In this document: in pieces, positions 31,384-41,281 of the stretch
How the letters are laid out: every line of letters starts with the position of its first letter
Position numbering within the stretch: the stretch's first letter is position 1
Assembly (NCBI GenBank): GCA_020024855.1
Contig: JAHHTB010000001.1
Location: 1-54,493, forward strand
Length of the DNA stretch: 54,493 nt
Origin: Fusobacterium sp.
GTDB taxonomy: Bacteria > Fusobacteriota > Fusobacteriia > Fusobacteriales > Fusobacteriaceae
Direction: 5' to 3'
The notes under the pieces: generated by a model
Database searches by the model: none
What the model was told of the DNA's origin: nothing
Seen by the model: the letters and a program-made list of their open reading frames with translations, nothing else
Made by a program: the position numbers and the translations under genes

Positions 31384-33291
31384 CTATATATCCAAGTTTT
31401 TAACAAATTGTGCTCCGTCTTCAATGAACTGTCTTCTAGGTTCAACTTTGTCCCCCATAAGTTTATCAAATATCATATCAGCCTCTCTTGCATCATCAAC
31501 TTTTACTTGATAGAAAGTTCTTGTATCTGGATCCATTGTTGTTTCCCAAAGTTGTTCAGGGTTCATTTCCCCTAGCCCTTTATATCTTTGTAGAGCATAT
31601 TTTTTATTTTCCCCTTCAAGATTATCAACTATAAACTTAAGTTGTTTATCATCATAAGCATATTGAATAGTTCTTCCTGTTGTTATCTTATACAAAGGTG
31701 GCTGTGCTATATAAATATTTCCATTATGTAAAAGCTCAACCATATATCTATAGAAGAATGTTAATAGAAGAGTTCTTATATGAGCACCATCAACATCGGC
31801 GTCTGTCATTAGAATTATTTTTGCATATCTTAGTTTAGATATATCAAAATTTTCTCCCATTCCTGCACCAAAAGCTGTAATCATAGCTCTTATTTCTGCA
31901 TTCTCAAGTGCTTTATGAAGTCCTGCTTTCTCAACGTTTAATATTTTTCCTCTCAATGGAAGTATAGCTTGGAATCTTCTATCTCTTCCTTGTTTTGCTG
32001 ATCCACCTGCTGAATCTCCCTCAACTATATAGATCTCACATTCTTCAGGATTTTTTGAAGAACAGTCAGCTAGTTTTCCTGGAAGTGAACCAACTTCAAG
32101 AGCAGATTTTCTTAATACAAGTTCTCTTGCTTTTTGAGCAGCTTCTCTTGCTCTTTTTGAATTTAATACTTTATCTATTATTATCTTTGTATCGTTTGGA
32201 GTATCTTCCAAGAACATTTTTAATTGTGTTCCTACTATATTAGATACTATTCCTGTTACTTCGGAGTTTCCTAATTTTGTTTTTGTCTGTCCTTCAAATT
32301 GAGGTTGAGCAATTTTTATTGATACGATAGCTGAAAGTCCCTCTCTTATGTCAGAACCTTGAAGTTTTCCATCTTTATCTTTTAAAAATCCTTGAGCCTT
32401 ACCTACATCATTAATAACTCTTGTAAGTGCTGTTCTAAATCCACTTACGTGAGTTCCACCCTCATGAGTATGAATATTGTTTACAAATGAATAAACACTT
32501 TCTCTTTGGTTAGTGTTATAAATCATAACTGCCTCAACAACTATTCCATCAGATTCTCCAGACATATAAACTGGCTCTTTTATAAGAGCTATATTATCTT
32601 TTTCTATATCTTTTATATAATCAATTATTCCACCATCAAATTTTAAATCTGCAACAACTTCAGGACTTTTTCTTCTGTCAGTTAAAATTATTCTAAGCCC
32701 TTTGTTTAAATATGCAAGTTCTTTTAATCTTGTATCAAGAGTTTCAAAGTTATATACAAGAGTTTCAAATATTTCATAGTCAGCTTTAAATCTTACTTTT
32801 GTTCCTGTTACTGTTGTTTCTCCTATTGTTTTTACAGGCTCAACTGGTATCCCTCTATTATATTTTTGATACCATACTTTCCCATCTCTATTTACTTCAA
32901 CTTCAAGCCACTCAGAAAGAGCATTAACTACTGATACCCCAACTCCATGAAGTCCTCCAGATACCTTATAGTTGTCATTTTCAAATTTTCCACCAGCATG
33001 AAGAACTGTAAGAACTATTTCAAGTGCTGATTTTCCATATTTAGGGTGTATCCCTGTTGGAATTCCTCTACCATTATCTATAACTTCAATTATATTATCT
33101 GGAAGTACGTTAACCATTATTTTGTTACAGTATCCAGCAAGTGCCTCGTCAATAGAGTTATCAACTATCTCCCATACAAGATGATGAAGTCCTCTTTCTG
33201 ATGTTGTTCCAATATACATACCTGGTCTTTTTCTAACTGCTTCCAATCCTTCCAAGACCGTAATGTTTTCTGCTTGATAATTATTACTCAT
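31384..33291 (-). CDS. gyrB: DNA gyrase subunit B
   Basis: [22 protein letters not shown] and RYKGLGEMN motifs. Confidence 0.98.
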   Translation of the reverse strand: MSNNYQAENITVLEGLEAVRKRPGMYIGTTSERGLHHLVWEIVDNSIDEALAGYCNKIMVNVLPDNIIEVIDNGRGIPTGIHPKYGKSALEIVLTVLHAGGKFENDNYKVSGGLHGVGVSVVNALSEWLEVEVNRDGKVWYQKYNRGIPVEPVKTIGETTVTGTKVRFKADYEIFETLVYNFETLDTRLKELAYLNKGLRIILTDRRKSPEVVADLKFDGGIIDYIKDIEKDNIALIKEPVYMSGESDGIVVEAVMIYNTNQRESVYSFVNNIHTHEGGTHVSGFRTALTRVINDVGKAQGFLKDKDGKLQGSDIREGLSAIVSIKIAQPQFEGQTKTKLGNSEVTGIVSNIVGTQLKMFLEDTPNDTKIIIDKVLNSKRAREAAQKARELVLRKSALEVGSLPGKLADCSSKNPEECEIYIVEGDSAGGSAKQGRDRRFQAILPLRGKILNVEKAGLHKALENAEIRAMITAFGAGMGENFDISKLRYAKIILMTDADVDGAHIRTLLLTFFYRYMVELLHNGNIYIAQPPLYKITTGRTIQYAYDDKQLKFIVDNLEGENKKYALQRYKGLGEMNPEQLWETTMDPDTRTFYQVKVDDAREADMIFDKLMGDKVEPRRQFIEDGAQFVKNLDI

Positions 33292-33385
33292 TATTTTACA
33301 TACCCTCCAAAAATATTCTTTTCTTGAATTTCACAAACAAGATTTTCACATTAAAAACCTTAAAAATTTATCTCAATTCAATCTT

Positions 33386-33928
33386 TTAATACTTATTTAT
33401 TGTAAGATTTTCTTCCTCTCTACATTTTGAACACAACTTTTCTTTTCCTAAAAATATACTCCCACATTCAGCACATTTTTTATACCCTTTTTTAATAAGA
33501 AATTGTTCTCTTTTTTTTGCAAGAGCTGAAAGATATTTTATACTCTCTTCAATAGACATATCCTTTGTTTTATATTCAGTGATTTTTTCTTCTTTCTCCT
33601 CAAATATTTTAAAAGATTCTCCCCTCTCAAGCTTAGCTTGCAAGTCAATTTTTCTCACTCTATATTTTACATCAACAATATACTGTCCTTTAAGAAGTCT
33701 ATTAATTTTCTCTATATATTTTTCTTTTCTCATACTCAAAGCATGAAGACAGATAGAATTTTCTACTGCCACATAAAGCACTGCATCTTTTATACCTAAT
33801 GGCTCAGATTTTAAAGAAAGTTCCCCTGTTATTCCTTGCCATGCTCCTTTTATTATAGAGATACGAAGTGTTCCACTTTTTGAAACAGCTCTTTCTATCA
33901 TCTCTTTTACACTAATTATCTCGTTCAT
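33386..33928 (-). CDS. dciA: DUF721/DciA family protein with a C-terminal Zn ribbon
   Basis: W...G...LYVAV pattern, CxxC...CxxC, and position between recF and gyrB. Confidence 0.75.
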   Translation of the reverse strand: MNEIISVKEMIERAVSKSGTLRISIIKGAWQGITGELSLKSEPLGIKDAVLYVAVENSICLHALSMRKEKYIEKINRLLKGQYIVDVKYRVRKIDLQAKLERGESFKIFEEKEEKITEYKTKDMSIEESIKYLSALAKKREQFLIKKGYKKCAECGSIFLGKEKLCSKCREEENLTINKY

Positions 33929-35003
33929 AAACCTCTCCTTTTTCTACAAAGAAGTTTTTAGACTCTATATTTAAAAGGTCAGTTGAAGTTATTATAACTT
34001 GTATCTCTCTTTTATTTAGATAATTTATTATATTCTCTTTTCTTATAGAATCAAAATATGACGACACATCATCTATAAGAAAAATTGGATTTTCTCTTTT
34101 TTCTTTAAGTACCATATCTATTTCAGATAACTTTAAAGAAAAAATAATTGATTTTTTTTCCCCTTGAGAAGAAAATGACTTTGCCTCTCTTCCGTCAAGA
34201 AGAAAAATAAAGTCATCTTTTTGAGGACCAACCATAGAGTATCCATATTTTAACTCTTTTGAAAATTCTTTTTCTATATTTTCTTTCAACTTTTCTTCAA
34301 GCTCCTTAAGAGAATATTTTTTTATATCCCCCATTTCAGAACTATACACAAGACTTAACTCTTTCTTACTGTCAAAAAGTTTTCTATAATTAAGATTTAA
34401 TATAATAGAGATATTTTTCACATATTCAAGCCTTTTCTTTATAACCCTAGCTCCATACTTTACAAATTCATCTTCATAAATTGAAAACATTGGGTCTTTA
34501 TGCTCTCTATTTTTTAAATATTTATTTCTAATTTTCAAAAGTTTAGTGTATTGTTTAAGATTTTGGAAATATTCTTGACTGCTTTGAGCTATTTCACTAT
34601 CAAAAAATCTTCTTCTGACACTTGGTGACCCTACTATTAACTCGATGTCTTCAGGAATAAACGATACAACATTTACTTTTCCATAATATTCATCATAAGG
34701 TATTTTTTTTTTATTAAGTCTATATTCTTTTTTACTGCTATCTATTTTTACAGAGATATTTTTATCACTTATTCTATCTTCATACTCCATAAAACAACCT
34801 GTTTTGGTTTTCCCATGTTTTATAAGATCGGCATTTTTAGAAGTACGAAAACTTTTTCCTGTGGCACCAAAATATACTGCTTCTATTATACTCGTTTTTC
34901 CCTGTCCGTTTTTTCCCAGGAATAAATTTATCTTAGGAGAAAATTTTATATTTCTATCTGACAAGTTTCTGAAATTTATATAATTTATCTCTAAGATTTT
35001 CAA
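33912..35003 (-). CDS. recF: DNA replication/repair protein RecF
   Basis: GKNGQGKT Walker A, SQGE and LIDDV motifs. Confidence 0.96.
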   Translation of the reverse strand: MKILEINYINFRNLSDRNIKFSPKINLFLGKNGQGKTSIIEAVYFGATGKSFRTSKNADLIKHGKTKTGCFMEYEDRISDKNISVKIDSSKKEYRLNKKKIPYDEYYGKVNVVSFIPEDIELIVGSPSVRRRFFDSEIAQSSQEYFQNLKQYTKLLKIRNKYLKNREHKDPMFSIYEDEFVKYGARVIKKRLEYVKNISIILNLNYRKLFDSKKELSLVYSSEMGDIKKYSLKELEEKLKENIEKEFSKELKYGYSMVGPQKDDFIFLLDGREAKSFSSQGEKKSIIFSLKLSEIDMVLKEKRENPIFLIDDVSSYFDSIRKENIINYLNKREIQVIITSTDLLNIESKNFFVEKGEVYERDN

Positions 35004-35016
35004 ATCTTCACCTCAA

Positions 35017-35223
35017 TTATTCTACTTCGAAGGTTTTTCCTGCTACTTGAACAGTATCTCCAACACGAAGTTTTTTTCCTCTTCTCTCTTCAATTTCTCC
35101 ATTTACTTTTACTTCTCCAGCTAAAATTATATCTTTAGCATCTACTCCACTTTCTGCCACACCAGTCCATTTTAAAAACTGGTCTAATTTTATATATTCA
35201 GTTTGTATCTTAATTTTTTCCAT
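35017..35223 (-). CDS. yaaA: S4-domain RNA-binding protein YaaA
   Basis: EYIKLDQFLK...RRGKKL and position upstream of recF. Confidence 0.9.
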   Translation of the reverse strand: MEKIKIQTEYIKLDQFLKWTGVAESGVDAKDIILAGEVKVNGEIEERRGKKLRVGDTVQVAGKTFEVE

Positions 35224-35269
35224 TCCACATCTCCCGTTTTTTAGTCACACTTATTAGATTATAATATAT

Positions 35270-35298
35270 ATTTTATCACAAATCCTTTTAGATGTCAT
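35270..35298 (-). promoter_or_regulatory. Promoter of the yaaA-recF-dciA-gyrBA operon
   Basis: ATGACA-17 bp-TAAAAT with an extended TG. Confidence 0.6.
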
Positions 35299-35505
35299 TA
35301 AAGTTATCATTTTTTAAGTAACGTTTAACATAATTTTTCCAACCTTTATATGATATTTTATTATTTACTACATAATTTTTTTATTTATAAAAATTTTTTT
35401 CATTTTTTGTCCATTGCTTCCATTGTGTGAACCAAAGTTCTACCATTTCCATGTTATATTTATATTAATCAAAGAAAAAATATTTTAATTTCAAGGAGGA
35501 AAAAT

Positions 35506-35886
35506 ATGAAATTTACTTTTTTAGGTTATAGTCAAAAAAAACTTATTGAAAATGAAATTGATTTAAGAGGAGCAGCTGTTCTCCGTCTTATTGCTGATTT
35601 ACATACAAATATTTTAAAAAAGAAAAAATATATAATCTACAATGGAAGATTTTATATTTGGTTTACTTATGGATATCTCATTCAAGAATTTCCTCTCCTT
35701 GGAAGTGAAAAAACAGTTATAAGAAAAATAAATGAACTTGTAGAAAAAGGATTTTTACATAAAATAATAAAAACAAATAAAAATGGAATGGCTGGAACAT
35801 ATATGTATGTTACCCTAACTGATAAATACGAAGAACTTAATCCATATAATTCTAAAAATTATTTAGATGTTTCTCATAATTTTTAG
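35506..35886 (+). CDS. Winged-helix protein resembling the N-terminus of phage/plasmid replication initiators
   Basis: MKFTFLGYSQ...YIWFTYGYLIQEFPLLG...RKINELVEKGFL pattern and a strong AAGGAGG RBS. Confidence 0.65.
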   Translation: MKFTFLGYSQKKLIENEIDLRGAAVLRLIADLHTNILKKKKYIIYNGRFYIWFTYGYLIQEFPLLGSEKTVIRKINELVEKGFLHKIIKTNKNGMAGTYMYVTLTDKYEELNPYNSKNYLDVSHNF

Positions 35887-36085
35887 ATTACGACACTTTG
35901 TCTAATAGGATACTTTTTTGGAAATAGAGGCAAGTCAGATTTTCTATTTCTCTGGTCATTTTATAAATTCTACCCTAGCCAAAATGACTACACAAATATC
36001 AATCTATATAAATAACTTATATAATAAATCTATATTTAATAACTGAGTAAAAAAACGACACTCTGTCATATTATCTTAATTATAT

Positions 36086-36114
36086 TTGACAACTTTTAAA
36101 TATTACAGTATAAA
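36086..36114 (+). promoter_or_regulatory. Sigma70 promoter of hutP
   Basis: TTGACA-17 bp-TATAAA. Confidence 0.7.
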
Positions 36115-36161
36115 ATAATAAACCCTTTTTTAAAAAACCAAAATCAATTTGGAGGAAAATA

Positions 36162-36584
36162 ATGGAATATAAAAGTAAAGATATAGCTAGAGCAGCTATT
36201 ATGCTTGCAATGTCAACTCGTGAGGAAGAAGCTATCTTAAAAGAAACTTATAAAAAAACAGGAATAAAAAGTGCTGCCGTTGATATTGGAGGAGATATAA
36301 TTCAATCTATTTCAAAAATTCTTGAAAGGACAATGGTTGCCTCAAAAAGAAATGGAATAGTTAAAGATTCTCATGTTTATGATGGAGCAATCACTGGAGC
36401 AACTAGAGAGGCTATTGCACAGGTAATGGATAAAGCTGCTGGATTTAATGTTGGAGGAAAAATAGGAATTGCAAGATATAGGGAACATCTTTCAATATGT
36501 ATTTTTCTTACAATCGGAATGTTTCGTTTAGATGATGTTGTAATTGGACTTGGACACAGAGCTATACCTATTGATGAAGACTAG
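36162..36584 (+). CDS. hutP: HutP family RNA-binding antiterminator
   Basis: AAVDIGG, GATREA, GGKIGIAR and GLGHR motifs. Confidence 0.85.
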   Translation: MEYKSKDIARAAIMLAMSTREEEAILKETYKKTGIKSAAVDIGGDIIQSISKILERTMVASKRNGIVKDSHVYDGAITGATREAIAQVMDKAAGFNVGGKIGIARYREHLSICIFLTIGMFRLDDVVIGLGHRAIPIDED

Positions 36585-36599
36585 TAATCTCTATACTTT

Positions 36600-36630
36600 A
36601 ACCTTTTTACATTTTGTAAAAAGGTTTTTT
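36600..36630 (+). terminator. Terminator after hutP
   Basis: AACCTTTTTACA/TGTAAAAAGGTT followed by a T-run. Confidence 0.85.
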
Positions 36631-36745
36631 TATTATGATTTTTATCAAATATTTGTCTTTTATCCTTAAAAATTATATAATAATATTGTATTAATTCGGT
36701 TTTTTAATTTAAAATCTCTATTTTTTACTTACACAGGAGGACGAT

Positions 36746-38089
36746 ATGCCGAACCAAGATACTGATATTTTTTTAAGACTATTTTTAATCATTTTACTTG
36801 TTATACTTGGTATATTTTTAGCTATGAGTGAAATATCTCTAGCCTCAGCAAGAAAAATGAAACTTCAAACAATGAAAGAGAAAGGAAATAAAAATGCTGA
36901 GAAAGTTTTAGAAGTGCAAGAAACATCTGGAAACTTTTTTGCAGCAGTTCAAATAGGAACAAATGCCCTTGCCATACTTGGTGGGATTATTGGAGAAAAT
37001 ATACTTTCTCCTTTTCTGAAACCTATTATTATGTCATGGTTTTCACTTTCTTCCACTAAGGCAGACACAATAGGTTCTCTTATTTCTTTTATTTTTATAA
37101 CAAGTCTTTTTATTGAATTTGCTGATCTCATTCCTAGAAGACTTGCAATGGCTGCTCCAGAAAAAATTGCAATAGCTATTATAAACCCTATGCTTTTTCT
37201 GATTTTTATTTTTAGACCTTTAATAATTTTCTTTGATAGTATAGCAACATTTATATTTAAAATTTTTAAAATTCAACAAAATAGAAATGATGAGATTACT
37301 TATGATGATATATTTGCAATAGTTGATGAAGGTGCTGAAACAGGAGTTATACAAAAAAAAGAACACTCTTTAATTGAAAATGTTTTTGAACTTGATACTA
37401 GATGGGTTTCTTCTATTATGACATATAGAAATGATATTGTATTCTTTACTGTTGATGAAGATGAAAAAAGTATAAAAGAAAAAATAAGTAATTATCCACA
37501 CTCAAAATTTCTTATTTGTAAAGATAATATTGATTCTATTATTGGTTATGTAGATTCAAAAAATATCCTACCGAGAATACTTAATAGTGAACTTAAAAGT
37601 TTAAACAACATTAAAGAAATTATGAATACAAATCTTTTAATTTTACCAAATACCCTTACTATCTCTGAAGCACTTGATAAATTTAATGAGGCTAGAGAAG
37701 ATTTTGCAGTTATTCTTAACGAGTATGGTCATGTTGTAGGGCTTGTTACTTTCTATGATGTTGTAAATACACTTATGGGAGATGTGGTTTATCAAGACCA
37801 AGATGAACAACAAATCATATCAAGAGGAGAGGGGTCTTGGCTAATTGATGGAGTTACATCTGTTGAAGATGTAAAAAAAGTTCTTGGAATAGAAAGATTT
37901 CCAGAGGAAGATACCTATGAAACCATTGCTGGTTTTATGATGTTTATGCTAAAAAGTATCCCTAAAAAAGCTGCAAAGGTAGAGTTTTTAGACTATACTT
38001 TTGAAGTGGTTGATGTTGATAATTTTAAAATTGATCAACTTCTTGTTACCAAAAAAGATATTGACAAAAAAGAAAAAGAAACAATATAA
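36746..38089 (+). CDS. CNNM(DUF21)-CBS-CorC membrane protein, YtfL/PaeA-like
   Basis: SEISLASARK, VQIG, a CBS pair (NEYG) and CorC domain (YETIAGF). Confidence 0.85.
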   Translation: MPNQDTDIFLRLFLIILLVILGIFLAMSEISLASARKMKLQTMKEKGNKNAEKVLEVQETSGNFFAAVQIGTNALAILGGIIGENILSPFLKPIIMSWFSLSSTKADTIGSLISFIFITSLFIEFADLIPRRLAMAAPEKIAIAIINPMLFLIFIFRPLIIFFDSIATFIFKIFKIQQNRNDEITYDDIFAIVDEGAETGVIQKKEHSLIENVFELDTRWVSSIMTYRNDIVFFTVDEDEKSIKEKISNYPHSKFLICKDNIDSIIGYVDSKNILPRILNSELKSLNNIKEIMNTNLLILPNTLTISEALDKFNEAREDFAVILNEYGHVVGLVTFYDVVNTLMGDVVYQDQDEQQIISRGEGSWLIDGVTSVEDVKKVLGIERFPEEDTYETIAGFMMFMLKSIPKKAAKVEFLDYTFEVVDVDNFKIDQLLVTKKDIDKKEKETI

Positions 38090-38112
38090 AAAGCAGGTTT
38101 GAACCTGCTTTT
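38089..38112. terminator. Bidirectional terminator
   Basis: AAAAGCAGGTT/AACCTGCTTTT between convergent genes. Confidence 0.85.
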
Positions 38113-38113
38113 C

Positions 38114-38656
38114 TTATATCTTTCTCCAAATCTCTTTTAATTCTAAGATTTTTTTACTATTTTTTACTAAATCTCCCACTTCTTCTGCTGAAATTTTTTC
38201 ATCTATTATTAAGTCCCAGTTAAGATATTCACAAATACATTGAAACTGTCCACTTATAAGTTCATACTCTCTATCTGAAAGTTCTGCTGCTCCAACAGAA
38301 ATTATTCCTATTTTCTTTTTTAATTTATTAAGAGTTTGATTTTTACAATAAATTCTATCTATTACAGCCTTAATCTGTGCAGTTATTCCCCACCAATAAA
38401 CAGGAGAACCAAAGATTACAACATCTGCTTCATATATTTTTTCTACAAGTAAATTTCCATCATCTTTTATTACACATATTCCATCTGATGTTTTACAATA
38501 ATCACATGCCATACAACCTTTTATATCATATTTTGTTACATCTATAAACTCCACATCATGTTCACAGTTTTCTACTATTCCCTCTGCTGCTGCTTTAAGA
38601 GCTGTTTTTGTATTTCCATTTAATCTTGGACTACCATTTAAGATAAGTACTTTCAT
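38114..38656 (-). CDS. Iron-sulfur flavoprotein / NADPH-dependent FMN reductase
   Basis: GSPRLNGNT, CxxCxxC-x5-C and GSPVYW motifs. Confidence 0.9.
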   Translation of the reverse strand: MKVLILNGSPRLNGNTKTALKAAAEGIVENCEHDVEFIDVTKYDIKGCMACDYCKTSDGICVIKDDGNLLVEKIYEADVVIFGSPVYWWGITAQIKAVIDRIYCKNQTLNKLKKKIGIISVGAAELSDREYELISGQFQCICEYLNWDLIIDEKISAEEVGDLVKNSKKILELKEIWRKI

Positions 38657-38704
38657 ATTTTGTTCCTCCCCTATCTTATTTCAATTGAAATAATTTTTAC
38701 TTTA

Positions 38705-39598
38705 TTATTTATTATTCTTCAATAACTCATAAGCACCAAAAAGAATAGGAACATTTAAAATATTTAGATTTTTTTCAAGTAAAACTCCCTCTCTACTTGG
38801 ATACTTAAATCCATAACTTGCTTTTATACATTGTGTAACAAATTGCATTGCTCTATCTATTGCAACAGGAAGACTATCCCCTTGCAAAAGACTTCCAATA
38901 AGAACACTTGTATAAGCATCTCCTGTTCCTGGATATGAAACAGGTATATATTTGCACGATACTTTCCAAAAAACATCTTCTTCTTTATTGTAAGCTATAA
39001 CACTCATATTTTTGTCAAATTGATTTTCTTTTTCATCAGGAACACTTGTAATTATTACAATCTTAGGTCCCATCTCAGCTATTCTAACAAGCCAATTTTT
39101 TACTTCTTCCTCTGTAGTTGTTTCTTTATACTCTTCTCCAAGAAGAAAAGCTGCCTCTGTAAAATTTGGAGTTATAATATCTGCCTTTGACACTAATTTT
39201 CTCATTTCAATTATCATCTCTTCACCCATTGTTCCATAAAGAGAACCATTATCCCCCATAACAGGATCAACTACAACTAAATTATCTCTATGACCAAAAT
39301 AGTCTACAAAGTCAGAAACTATTTTTATCTGCCTTGGTGAACCAAGAAAACCTGAATAGATACAATCAAATTCTAAATCAAGCTCTTTCCAATGAGCAAT
39401 ATGTTCTTCCATATAATTAGTTAAATCTATAAAGCTATAATTTGTAAAATTACTTGTGTGTGTTGAAAGAATTGCTGTTGGCACAGGACAAACCTGTATT
39501 CCCATAGTTGATAATATTGGAATTACGGTTGTAAGAGATGCTCTCCCAAATCCTGATAAGTCATGTATAGCTGCCACTTTTTTTATTAGTTTACTCAT
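38705..39598 (-). CDS. pdxK: Pyridoxal/pyridoxamine kinase
   Basis: IHDLSGFGRASL, DPVMGD, TPN and GTGD motifs. Confidence 0.9.
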   Translation of the reverse strand: MSKLIKKVAAIHDLSGFGRASLTTVIPILSTMGIQVCPVPTAILSTHTSNFTNYSFIDLTNYMEEHIAHWKELDLEFDCIYSGFLGSPRQIKIVSDFVDYFGHRDNLVVVDPVMGDNGSLYGTMGEEMIIEMRKLVSKADIITPNFTEAAFLLGEEYKETTTEEEVKNWLVRIAEMGPKIVIITSVPDEKENQFDKNMSVIAYNKEEDVFWKVSCKYIPVSYPGTGDAYTSVLIGSLLQGDSLPVAIDRAMQFVTQCIKASYGFKYPSREGVLLEKNLNILNVPILFGAYELLKNNK

Positions 39599-39656
39599 TA
39601 GTATTCACTCCTATTTTTAGTATACTTTATTTATGTTGCTATTATATTATTTCTTT

Positions 39657-41078
39657 TTAGTGTTTGCAATGAATTAAAATATCTTTTATAACCTCTATTC
39701 CTTTTTTAATCTCTTCAATTTCTCCAGAAACAAAAGTAAGTCTTATTTTACATTCTGCTCTCTTATCATTATAAAAAACACTTCCTGGTAGAACAGCTAC
39801 TCCTCTTTCACGACAATTTTTATAAAACTTTTCTCCATCTATATGTTCAGCAAGAAGTACCCATATAAAAAAACCACCTGTTGGAACATGCATAATTTGA
39901 AGATAAGGAACTCCTCTTAACTGATTAAGCATATAATAGTATTTTTCTTTAAAAACATTTCTCATAGCAGATATATGTTCTTCAAGGTACCCATCTTTTA
40001 TAAAATATTCTAATATTTTTTGATTTAGTCCAGAAGTAGTTGGATCTAAGCTATACTTTACAAGAATAGCTTTTTCCATAAAACTTCTTGGAGCAATCAT
40101 AAGAGCAATACCTATTCCAGGCATTATTGTTTTTGAATAAGTTCTAATATAGATTACTCTCTCATGCCCTACTTTATCAAAACTTTTTAATGTACTTGGT
40201 CTTTCTTTTTCATAGTAATATTCAGAAAAAGTATCATCTTCTATTATATAAAAATCATATTTTACCGCTAGTTCAAGAAGTCTTTTTTTCTTCTCCTCAC
40301 TCCACTTTATACCTGTTGGATTTTGATAGTTAAACACCTCATAAACTAAATTTATTTTTTCTGTTTTTAAAAATTTTTCAAATTCTTCCATATCCCAACC
40401 ATCTGCTTTTAAATCAAATCCCTTTACTTTACAAGCATTTGTAAAAAGATTAAGAGCATTTGGGTATGTTGGATCAGAAAGAGCTATTGTAAGACCTGTC
40501 TTGGAATAGAATATATTTAAAACTATGTCAAGAGCTTGTTGAGTTCCTGAAGTTATAAGAATGTCATCTTCTGTTACAAAAATATCATCTTTTTCTAATT
40601 CTTCTGAAAGAACAACTCTTAAACTTTCCATTCCTTGTACATTCTGGTATTCAAAAAGTTCTCCTCCATATTTATTTATCACTTGCTCTGATAATTTTTT
40701 ATAAATTTCAACTGGAAAATACTCTGATGTTGGGGTTCCGTTTGAAAAATTTACTATATCTCCTATTCTTTCTTGTCCATATCTAAATGTTTCTAAAATT
40801 GGATGAACTTTTATATCAAGAGTAAAATTTGAATTCTTTTTTATAAAACATCCTTTTCCTGGAATTTTTTCTATAAAACCATTTTGTTCTAATAAATTGT
40901 AAGACTGAAGAACTGTATTCATATTAACTTTATACTTCATAGCTGTCTGTCTTACTGATGGTAATTTAGAACCTTCTGATAATTTCCCTGCATTTATTTC
41001 TGATTTAAAAATCTTATAGAGTTGTATATAATACTTTTCATTAGATGTTTTACTGAACAATACATTTTCTTTTAACAT
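39657..41078 (-). CDS. MocR/GabR-family regulator (GntR HTH plus aminotransferase-like domain)
   Basis: LPSVR...TVLQSY HTH, SGTQQAL, NPTG, IIEDD and YSKT motifs. Confidence 0.92.
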   Translation of the reverse strand: MLKENVLFSKTSNEKYYIQLYKIFKSEINAGKLSEGSKLPSVRQTAMKYKVNMNTVLQSYNLLEQNGFIEKIPGKGCFIKKNSNFTLDIKVHPILETFRYGQERIGDIVNFSNGTPTSEYFPVEIYKKLSEQVINKYGGELFEYQNVQGMESLRVVLSEELEKDDIFVTEDDILITSGTQQALDIVLNIFYSKTGLTIALSDPTYPNALNLFTNACKVKGFDLKADGWDMEEFEKFLKTEKINLVYEVFNYQNPTGIKWSEEKKKRLLELAVKYDFYIIEDDTFSEYYYEKERPSTLKSFDKVGHERVIYIRTYSKTIMPGIGIALMIAPRSFMEKAILVKYSLDPTTSGLNQKILEYFIKDGYLEEHISAMRNVFKEKYYYMLNQLRGVPYLQIMHVPTGGFFIWVLLAEHIDGEKFYKNCRERGVAVLPGSVFYNDKRAECKIRLTFVSGEIEEIKKGIEVIKDILIHCKH

Positions 41079-41131
41079 ATGTTTTCTCCTTTTATTACAC
41101 TCTGTACCATAACACTTTTATATCTCTCTTG

Positions 41132-41160
41132 TTGACCAATTCTTTTTTATCCTCTAAAAT
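41132..41160 (+). promoter_or_regulatory. Promoter of the NhaC-family transporter
   Basis: TTGACC-17 bp-TAAAAT. Confidence 0.65.
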
Positions 41161-41281
41161 CTTGTCGTGTGATTGTTATTTGAACTATTTTATATTATAT
41201 CACACACAAAACAAAATTAAAAATCAGTTTTCAAGAATTATTTTCATTCTTTAAAACAATTATTTAGGAGGATTTTAATCA

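Noticed and set aside
35224..35505. oriC next to recF/gyrB
   Set aside because: No canonical DnaA boxes (only TTATCACA), no dnaA, and no visible switch in gene orientation or skew.
35884..36015. Stop-codon readthrough of the wHTH ORF
   Set aside because: The in-frame continuation does not look like a conserved protein, and no recoding signal was seen.
41161..41281. SAM or lysine riboswitch ahead of the NhaC/MetT-like gene
   Set aside because: The leader is short and AT-rich with no aptamer core.
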